Part shown: positions 27,919 through 37,100 of the stretch, one piece after another
Numbering within the stretch: the stretch's first letter is position 1
How the letters are laid out: each line of letters begins with the position of its first letter
Source of the DNA: an uncultured Bacilli bacterium
GTDB taxonomy: Bacteria > Bacillota_I > Bacilli_A > RF39 > UBA660
Length of the DNA stretch: 64,000 bases
Assembly: GCA_934157235.1 (NCBI GenBank)
Contig: CAKPHH010000004.1
Span: 4,585-68,584, forward strand
Direction of reading: 5' to 3'
Translations under genes and position numbers: made by a program
The notes under the pieces: generated by a model
What the model was told of the DNA's origin: nothing
The model's database searches: none
What the model saw: the letters and a program-made list of their open reading frames with translations, nothing else

Positions 27919-30234
27919 ATGAAAAATATAGAAAGATATACTCCAGATATAAAATGTGGATTAACTAATTATGAAGTCGATAAAAGAATAAAAGATAATT
28001 TAGTTAATATATATACTGAAGTGGGTACAAAGACTGTTTCAGAAATAGTAAAAGAAAATGTATTAACATTATTTAATATTATTAATGTAGTTTTAGCTAT
28101 TGCCGTTATATGTGTTGGATCATTTAAGAATTTGACATTTATAATAATTATTACAATTAATACTTTAATTAGTATTATTCAAGAACTTAGAAGTAAAAAA
28201 ACTTTGGATAAGTTAAAAGTAGTAGCGGCTTCTAAAGTGCATGTTATTAGAGATTCTATTGAAAAAGAAATTGGAATTAATGAGATTGTTTTGGATGATA
28301 TTATTAAAGTAGAAATAGGTAATCAGATCGTAGTTGATTCAATTATTAAAGATGGAGAAGTTGAAGTTGATGAGTCTTTTATTACAGGAGAAGCTGATAC
28401 TGTTTTTAAAAGAAAGGGTGATATGTTATTATCCGGTAGTTTTATAGTATCTGGTAAGGCAATATGTCAAGTAGAACATATTGGATATGATAATTATACA
28501 GCTAAGATTTCTAGTGATACTAAGTATATTAAAGCAGTTTCTTCAGAGATTATGCGAAGTTTAAATAAGATTATTTCGACAATATCATTTTTAATAGTTC
28601 CGGTAGGTATACTTTTATTTAGTAGACAGATGTATATAGAAGGAAATACAGTTTCACAAGCTGTTGTTTCGACTGTAGCGGCTTTAATTGGAATGATTCC
28701 CGAAGGACTAGTTTTACTTACAAGTACAGTTTTAGCAGTTAGTGTAATTAGACTTTCACAAAGAAAAGTATTAGTTCAAGATTTATATTGTATTGAGACT
28801 TTAGCTAGAGTTGATACTTTATGTTTAGATAAGACTGGTACTATAACTGAAGGTAAAATGGAAGTTATGGCGGAAGTTTTTGTTGAAGATATTAATATCA
28901 GTGAAATAATTGGAAATATTAATTATAATTTAGGAGATAATAATCCAACGGCAATCGCGTTACTTGATAAGTATGGAAAAAGTGATACTTTTGAAATTGT
29001 TGATAAGATGCCATTTTCTTCAGCTAAAAAATATTCGGGTATTGCTTTAAAAGATAAAGCTTATGTTGTAGGAGCAGCAGAGTTTATTTTGAAAAAGGAT
29101 GATAAATTCTTAAAGAAAGTAGAGGAGTATACTAATGAATATCGTGTTATTCTTTTAGCGGAAGCTTTAAATAAGCAACTTGATAATGTTAGACCCTTAG
29201 CACTACTTTTATTACAAGATAAAATTAGAAGTGATGCGAATGAAACATTACAATATTTTAGAGAGCAGGGTGTTGCATTAAAGATTATATCTGGGGACAA
29301 TCCTCATACAGTATATGGAATAGCTTGTAGGGCTGGTTTTAAGGAAAATGCTAAAATAGTTGATGCAACAACACTTGTTACTGATCAGGATATATTAGAT
29401 GCAGCTTGGGAATATGACATTTTTGGTAGAGTTACACCAGAACAAAAGAAAAAACTAGTTTTAGCTTTACAACATTTAGGACATACTGTAGCAATGACAG
29501 GTGATGGAGTTAATGATGTTTTAGCTTTGAAAAAAGCGGATTGTTCAATTGCAATGGCATCTGGTTCTGATTCAACTAAAAATGTTAGTCAACTAGTTTT
29601 ATTAGATTCGAATTTTTCATCTATGCCATATGTAGTAGCAGAGGGGAGAAGAACAATTAATAATATTGAAAAGAGTTCATCATTATTTTTAGTTAAAACA
29701 ATTTATGCGACATTGTTGGCTATAATCTTTATATTTATAGATATGCCATATCCATTTATACCAATTCAGTTGTCTTTAGCAAGTGCTGTTACGGTTGGAA
29801 TACCTTCCTTTATATTAGCACTTCAAGATAATTATGATTTGGTACAGAAGCATTTCTTAAAAAGAGTATTAAAAAGAGCAGTACCTCCAGCTTTTACAAT
29901 TATAATAAATATATTAGTAGTGTTTATTGCTAGTAAATTATTTAATTTTACGTATGAACAAACATCTACTTTATCAGCTGTGATTACAGGGTACGTAGCA
30001 TTTATGTTATTGTTTAAAACTTGTTTACCATTTAATAAGTTAAGAATAGCTTTATTTTCAACTATGGTACTACTATATATTACAGGGTTCTTTGGCTTTA
30101 GAAGTTTATTTTCATTTTCAGTATTGAACTTTAGAATGATAGTAATTATCTTGTTATGTATAGGATTTGCACACTTTATGTACTATTCATTTGAAAAAAT
30201 AATTAATTATTTAGAATCAAAAGTAAGAAAATAG
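27919..30234 (+). CDS. cation-transporting P-type ATPase
   Basis: DKTGTITEG phosphorylation motif, PEGL, TGDGVNDVLAL hinge motif; 771 aa. Confidence 0.9.
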   Translation: MKNIERYTPDIKCGLTNYEVDKRIKDNLVNIYTEVGTKTVSEIVKENVLTLFNIINVVLAIAVICVGSFKNLTFIIIITINTLISIIQELRSKKTLDKLKVVAASKVHVIRDSIEKEIGINEIVLDDIIKVEIGNQIVVDSIIKDGEVEVDESFITGEADTVFKRKGDMLLSGSFIVSGKAICQVEHIGYDNYTAKISSDTKYIKAVSSEIMRSLNKIISTISFLIVPVGILLFSRQMYIEGNTVSQAVVSTVAALIGMIPEGLVLLTSTVLAVSVIRLSQRKVLVQDLYCIETLARVDTLCLDKTGTITEGKMEVMAEVFVEDINISEIIGNINYNLGDNNPTAIALLDKYGKSDTFEIVDKMPFSSAKKYSGIALKDKAYVVGAAEFILKKDDKFLKKVEEYTNEYRVILLAEALNKQLDNVRPLALLLLQDKIRSDANETLQYFREQGVALKIISGDNPHTVYGIACRAGFKENAKIVDATTLVTDQDILDAAWEYDIFGRVTPEQKKKLVLALQHLGHTVAMTGDGVNDVLALKKADCSIAMASGSDSTKNVSQLVLLDSNFSSMPYVVAEGRRTINNIEKSSSLFLVKTIYATLLAIIFIFIDMPYPFIPIQLSLASAVTVGIPSFILALQDNYDLVQKHFLKRVLKRAVPPAFTIIINILVVFIASKLFNFTYEQTSTLSAVITGYVAFMLLFKTCLPFNKLRIALFSTMVLLYITGFFGFRSLFSFSVLNFRMIVIILLCIGFAHFMYYSFEKIINYLESKVRK

Positions 30235-30256
30235 TAAAAACACTTGGTTTTCTTAC

Positions 30257-30480
30257 TTTTTTTATTTATAAGGAATTTTTTCAAAGTAATAATGGTTTTT
30301 AATAAAATGTATGATTTTGTATTGACAAATATTTTCTTGTTTGATATTATGAAATCCGAGAAGCAGTTATTCTGGCTGAAAACTACAATAGATTGAAGTA
30401 AAACAATAGCAAAGTGAGTACGGAAGCGACTATCGAAATTTAAGCTTATGGAAAATAGAAGATACTTTACTTGTGAGAAA
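30257..30480 (+). mobile_element. tnpB-less miniature derivative of the IS200/IS605-family element (left-end segment with promoter fused to right-end/omega-RNA-like segment)
   Basis: 30257-30330 resembles the left end of the full element at 39550-39625 (shared TTTTTTTATTTATAAGGAATTTT, AATAAAAT...TATTGACAAA); 30408-30475 is ~86% identical to 40820-40886 immediately 3' of tnpB. Confidence 0.5.
30322..30350 (+). promoter_or_regulatory. consensus promoter TTGACA-17-TATTAT inside the miniature element
   Basis: Same architecture as tnpB promoter at 39615-39643. Confidence 0.6.
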
Positions 30481-30506
30481 TATATTTAAAAAAAATTAAT
30501 TTTCTC

Positions 30507-30535
30507 TTGCAAAAGTTTAAAAAATATTGTAAACT
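30507..30535 (+). promoter_or_regulatory. promoter of tRNA-Ile/Asn/Glu operon (TTGCAA-17-TAAACT)
   Basis: Hexamers at 30507-30512 and 30530-30535. Confidence 0.45.
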
Positions 30536-30555
30536 TAAGAAGTCAGTTAATTAAT

Positions 30556-30632
<77 letters not shown>

Positions 30633-30639
30633 TTAATTT

Positions 30640-30716
30640 GCCTCAATAGCTCAGTCGGTTAGAGCACTTGACTGTTAATCAAGGGGTCCTAGGTTCAAGT
30701 CCTAGTTGGGGCGCCA
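30640..30716 (+). tRNA. tRNA-Asn (GTT)
   Basis: GCCTCAATAGCTCAGTCGGTTAGAGC..., anticodon loop CTGTTAA, CCA encoded. Confidence 0.85.
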
Positions 30717-30719
30717 TAT

Positions 30720-30796
30720 GGCGAGTTGGTGAAGCGGCTTAACACACTGCCCTTTCACGGCAGCATTCACGGATTCGAATTCCGTACTCGTCACCA
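30720..30796 (+). tRNA. tRNA-Glu (TTC)
   Basis: Anticodon stem-loop CTGCC-CTTTCAC-GGCAG, T-loop TTCGAAT, CCA encoded. Confidence 0.8.
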
Positions 30797-30806
30797 TTTT
30801 AAAAGT

Positions 30807-30857
30807 AATTCCAGTTATACTGGATTTTTATTTGACCATTTTATTGGTCTTTTTTTG
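30807..30857 (+). terminator. two tandem intrinsic terminators between tRNA-Glu and tRNA-Ser
   Basis: TCCAG-ttata-CTGGA + T5, then GACCA-tttta-TGGTC + T7. Confidence 0.6.
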
Positions 30858-30886
30858 TTGACAACGTGACTAAATTAATGTAATAT
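30858..30886 (+). promoter_or_regulatory. separate promoter for tRNA-Ser (TTGACA-17-TAATAT)
   Basis: Hexamers 30858-30863 and 30881-30886. Confidence 0.55.
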
Positions 30887-30912
30887 TATATATGCGGACG
30901 CACAAGAGGAAT

Positions 30913-31003
30913 GGAGTAGTACTCAAGAGGCTGAAGAGGCGCCCCTGCTAAGGGTGTAGGTCGGGCAACTGGCGCGAGAGTTCAAATCTCTCCTACTCCG
31001 CCA
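30913..31003 (+). tRNA. tRNA-Ser (GCT)
   Basis: Long variable arm, anticodon loop CTGCTAA, acceptor GGAGTAG/CTACTCC, CCA encoded; terminator AACCTTG/CAAGGTT + T7 at 31013-31038. Confidence 0.85.
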
Positions 31004-31113
31004 TAGATAATTAAACCTTGTTTATCAAGGTTTTTTTGTTTGTTTTTGAAGGTCAATTTCATATTCTTTTTAGGAACTTTTATGGTATAATTTTTAATAG
31101 GAGAGTTGATGCT

Positions 31114-34100
31114 ATGAATGATATGTATTTTGGGTTCTTAAAGAGATTTAATAAAATAAATAAATATTATAATTATTTAATTAAACAAACAAGAAAAAGC
31201 TTTTACGTGGGAATTACAAATGAATGGATAATTGATAATTTTTATTTATTAGCAGAACTTAAAACGGATATTGTTCGTGATAGAGTAGAAATATGTAAAA
31301 GTATAAAAGATACTAAGAATCTTTATTATACCCTTAGGCAGGTAGCAATTTCTAATAATTACAATATTCCTTTTAAAGTATTAGTGGCAGAATTGAAAAA
31401 GTATCAGAAAGATAATAAGATAAATCTTTCATATAGTAAAATTTCAGCTATTAAATATTTATTAGAATTTATTTATATAGAAAAATTATATTTACTTGCT
31501 TTAGATGAAGAAGAAAAACTACTTGTAAAAGAAAAAATTAGTAAAACAATAGATACTTGCAATTTGGATGAAGTAAAATTAAGTACTTTTACTGATAATA
31601 ATTTTGATGTTTATAATAATAAATATTATATTTATGAACTTAGTCAACAAATAAAAAGATTAGGAAATAAAAGTAATTATGTTTTTAAAGAGATAAATGA
31701 ATTGTTAGAGAGTAAAAATATTGGATTAAAGGAAATTATTAATGATTTTCATCAAGAAAAGATTTCTACTAATATTTTAATTTCTAATGTATTTGGAGAT
31801 TTAAAAAGATTATTAGAGCTTAGTGACGAAGAGTTATTTAAAAATGTTTCTTTTACAGAAAAACTATTATTGATGGATAAAGTTTATAAGAGTATGACTA
31901 TTGAATCTAAGGTGCTTTATCGAAGACAAATTACGAAGTTAGCTAAGAGAAAAAGATGTAGTGAATATGAGTTATTAGAAAAGCTTTATGGTATAAGTTT
32001 AAAAGAAGAGAGGCATATTGGTTTTTATTTATTTAAAGAGAAGAATAATATACTTAAAACTTATATATATTTGTTTGTCATTTTAATATTAACTTTAAGT
32101 ATTAGTTTATTTTTATCTAACTATTTTATAGATCTTAGATGGTTGGGATTTTTAATATTACTTATTCCAGTTAATCAATTAGTAATAAGAATTATTAATA
32201 CTATTTTAGTTAGAATAGTACCTATTAATGTATTACCTAAGATGGATTATTCATTAGGATTACCAACTGAAGCAACAACGATGGTTGTAATACCAACTAT
32301 TATTAGTAGTACAGATAAAATTAAAGAGATGTTTGATACTTTAGAGACATTTTATTTGATTAATAAATCTAGTAATTTATACTTTACTTTATTAGGAGAT
32401 GTTAAGGAGTCTTCTAAAGGTGTTGAGGATTATGATAGTAAGTTTTCTTTATATGGAGAAAGTTATGCAGCTAATTTAAATAAAAAATATGGGAAAGATT
32501 TATTTTACTTTGTTTATCGTAAGATATTTTTTAATGATAAAGAGAATAAGTATTTAGGATATGAGAGAAAAAGAGGAGCGTTAATTCAATTTAATAAAAT
32601 ATTATTAGGAAAAGTAACACCTTCTTTTAGTAAAAAGAATTTCTTTGTTAATACTTTGGAAAATAAAAAGCTAAATATTAAATATGTTATTACATTAGAT
32701 ACAGATACGAGATTAGTATTAAGTTCGGCTCTTAATTTAGTAGGAGCTATGGCTCATCCTTTAAATAAACCGATTTTAAATAAAGAAGGTACTAAAGTTA
32801 TTTCTGGATATGGATTAATGCAACCAAGAGTAGATGTAGATATAGAATCTACTAATAAGAGTTTATATAGTCAAATATTTGCAGGAGTAGGAGGCTTTGA
32901 TACTTATTCAGCTTTTGTACCTGATCTTTATCAAGATTTATTTAGAGAAGGTAGTTTTATTGGAAAAGGTATTTATGATTTAGAGGTTTTTGATAAGTTG
33001 TTAGCAGAAACATTTCCAGATAATCTTATTTTGTCGCATGATTTAATAGAAGGTAATTATTTAAGAGTAGGGTATTTAGCTGATATTTCTTTAATAGATA
33101 ATTTTCCATCTTCCTTTTTAACAGATGTTAGAAGACATCATAGATGGGCTCGAGGAGATGTACAAATTATTGGATGGCTTTTAAATAAAGTTTTAAATAA
33201 AAAGAAAGAGAAAGTTAAAAATCCAATAAATGTATTAGGTAAATTTAAAATACTTGATAATATTGTAAGAATGTTTCTATTTCCAACTTTACTTTTAATT
33301 TTACTTTTAGCAACTAATATGAAGTTTAGCAAATCATTATTATGGATTGGGTTTGTAATATTAGAAGTAGCAATTTCAATTATATTTTTCTTTGGAGAAA
33401 AACTAACACAGAAAAATGAAACTAAAAAAGTTACAGTCTATTATAAAAACTTGTTATTGGGAGGAAGAAGTTTGTTATATAGAGCTTATATTACTTTTAT
33501 TACGCTTCCTTTTTATACAGTACTTTATATGGATGCTTTCTTTAGAACTTTATATAGACTTTTTAAGACTCATAAAAATTTACTTAATTGGGTTAGTTCG
33601 GAAGAAGTTTCTAAAAATACAGATAATAGTTTAAAAAGTTATTTAAGACTATTTATTCCAAATTATGTAGTCATAATTCTTCTTATTATTGTTGGTTTGA
33701 TAAGTAATAATTTTATAACTTATATTATGGCTTTTATGTTTTTGACAGCACCATTTATTTTATATTTAGTTAGTTTAGATAAGACTTCTAATAATAAAGT
33801 TAGTGATAATGATTTAGAACAATTAGAAGTATTAGCTTTAGATACTTGGAAATATTTTTATGATAATATAAAGGAAGAATATCATTATTTAATACCGGAT
33901 AATTATCAGGAAAATAGAGAGAAAAAGTTAGATTTAAGAACATCTCCAACAGCGATAGGGTATTCTTTAACTAGTGTTATTTCAGCGTATGAAATGAATT
34001 TTATTGAGTTAGATGAAGCTTTTAATTTACTTGGAGATATTTTGAAGAGTGTTGATTCTTTAGAAAAGTGGAATGGACATTTATATAATTGGTATAATAT

Positions 34101-37100
34101 AGAAAATTGTCAGGTCCTTAATCCTAGATTTGTTTCAACTGTTGATTCAGGTAACTTTATAGCGAGTGTTGTGATAGCAAGAGAGTTTTTAAATAAGTAT
34201 GAAAACTTAGAATTAGTTAAACTTTGTGATAAGTTGATTAATAATGCTAATTTTAAGAAATTATATACGAAGAGATCTGTATTTAGTATTGGGTATGATG
34301 ATAATGAAGGAAAACTTTCAATTTATAATTATAATAATTTTGCGAGTGAAGCTCGTTTAACTAGTTATTTAGCTATTTGTAAGGGTGATGTTTCAGTTAA
34401 ACATTGGTTTTCTTTGGATAAGTCTTTAACAATGTATAAAGGACATAAGGGACTTATTTCCTGGTCTGGTACTTCATTTGAGTATTATATGCCATTTCTT
34501 TTTATGAAGAATTATCCAAATACTTTGTTGGATGAAGCTTATCAGTTTGCTTATTTCTGTCAAAAAAGTTATATAGAAAAGATATCTAAAAAACTGCCTT
34601 GGGGAATTAGTGAATCAGCTTATAATGAACTTGATGATGCCTTAAATTATAAGTATAAGGCGTTTTCGACTCCTTACTTAAAAATGAAAGAAGATAAGGA
34701 TAAGAGAATAGTTATTTCTCCATATGCATCAATTATGGCTTTAGAGTTATTTCCTAAAGAAGTAATTTCTAATATTTCGAAATATAAAGAAATGAATATG
34801 TTTGATAAATATGGTTTGTATGAGTCATATGACTGTGATAATGAGACTTGCGTTAAGGCATATTTTGCTCATCACCAAGGAATGATTTTAATGGGATTAG
34901 TTAATTATTTGAAAGAGGATTCTCTTAAGAATTATTTTCATCAAAATACGTTAATTAAGACTTTTGAAATTTTACTTAAAGAAAAAGTACAATTAAGGAC
35001 AGATATTGATATGAAGATATCAGATTATAAAAAATATAATTATCAAAAAGAAGAAATATCTAATGATATTAGGACCTTTAATTATATTTCGGATATGCCA
35101 GAATTTTCAGTTTTATCTAATAAAAAATATTGTTTACTTATTAATGATAAGGGTAATGGTTTTTCAAGATATAGAACTTTACAATTAAATAGATATCGTA
35201 AAGCTAGTGAACAAGATCATGGAATTTATATGTATATTAGAGATTTAGATACTAATTATGTATGGTCTAATACTTACGCTCCTATTAATAAAAAGAGTGA
35301 TAATTATGAAGTGGTGTTTGCTTCTGATAAGATTAAATATTTAAGAACTGATGGGAAGATTATGACAACTACAGAGATTGTTGTTACTCCTTATCATAAT
35401 GCTGAAATTAGAAAAGTTACTTTTAAGAATAATAGTGATGTTTCTCGGACTTTGGAACTTACAACTTATATGGAAGTGATATTATCAGAAAATATGGATG
35501 ATGTTTCGCATAGGGCTTTTAATAATATGTTTGTTTCTAGTGAATGGGATAGTAAGAGTAATTCTTTGATTATGATGAGAAAAGGTAAGGGAGATTCTCT
35601 TGTTAATAACTATATGGTTAGTAGACTAATTGTTTTAGATCCTATGGATAAATATAGTTATGAAACAGAAAGAAGTAATTTTATTGGTAGAGGTCAAAGG
35701 CTTAATAATCCAATAAGTATTTCTAAAAAACTTAGTAATTATGTAGGAGATAATTTAGACCCTATTAGTAGTATTAGAAATAAAATAGAAATAGCTGCTA
35801 ATGAGAGTAGAGAAGTATACTTTATAGTTGGGTTTGGTAGAAGTAGAGAGCAAATAAGAGAGATTATTAATTCTTATAATACACCTAGAGATATTAATAA
35901 TACCTTTAAATTAGCTTCTTTAAATAATGTTATTAATACTAAGAGTTTAAATATTAAGGGAGAAGAATTAAGACTATATAATATAATGCTTAACTATTTA
36001 TATCAGACAACTAAAATAGCACTTACAGAAGAGAGATTAGATTTATTAAGAAAAAATAGTTTAGCACAACCAGGATTATGGAAATTTGGAATTAGTGGAG
36101 ATAGACCAATTATATTAGTAGATATTAGTGATATAAGTGATTTACCATTTGTTTTTAGTATACTTAAAGCATTTGAATACTATAAAAACAATTCAATATT
36201 TGTGGATGTAGTTATTATTAATAATGAAGGTGAATATAGAGAAGTTATTAATAAAGAGATAGATGATGAGATATATAGAATTTATTCAGTTAATAGTTTT
36301 TATCATACGCCTGGTATTATTAAAGTTATTGATGGAGGAAGTTTATCAAGAGAAGAAATTAGTTTATTTGGAATTGTTCCTAGACTTAGATTTATTATAA
36401 AAGATCATATTACTTTAGAAGAAGCTGTTTTAGAGTTACAAAAGAAGAATAAAATTAGTGATTATGAAGAGAAGTTGTATGAGAAAAATAGCGAAACTTC
36501 TAATTTAGATAAGTTAGAGTTTGATAATGGCTATGGAGGCTTTAAAAATAAGGGAAGGGAGTATGTTATTTATAATAATAAAACTCCAAAGCCTTGGAGT
36601 AATGTTATAGCGAATGAAGAGTTTGGTACTATTATTACTAATAATGGAGCTGGATTTACTTATTTTGATAATTCTTCAGAATTTAAAATAACTTCTTGGA
36701 CTAATGATTTAGTTGTTGATGATTGTTCAGAAGGGTTTAAATTTAATGATTTAATCTTTAAACCAGATTCATGTGTTCATGGAATGGGATATAGTATTTT
36801 AAAGAGTGAGTCAAATGATTTGAAAAAGGAAATTATAGAATTTGTTTCAGTAAATGAACCAGTTAAATTATATTTAGTAAAATTAACTAATAAGACTAAA
36901 TGGAAGAAGAATATTAAAGTTAATTTTTGGATTAATCCAACACTTGGTAATTTTGATGAGAAAACAGCTAGACATATTTTATCGGAGTTTATGGAAGAGG
37001 ATAATTTCTTGAGACTTCGTAATGCTTATAGTATTAATTATAGTGATGTTTATGTTTATATGTCTTCTAGTGAAAAAATTACAAAGGCTTCTTATGATAA

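Noticed and set aside
29061-29300. ORF 29061-29300(-)
   Set aside because: Antisense to P-type ATPase.
31018-31113. ORF-track start codon 31018 for the giant Cgs-like gene
   Set aside because: Lies inside the tRNA-Ser terminator hairpin (31013-31038) 15 nt after the tRNA, with no RBS; ATG 31114 has AGGAGAG RBS and an extended -10 promoter upstream.
33138-33634. ORFs 33138-33332(-) and 33416-33634(+) inside cgs
   Set aside because: Nested/antisense small ORFs in a 7.6-kb continuous reading frame.
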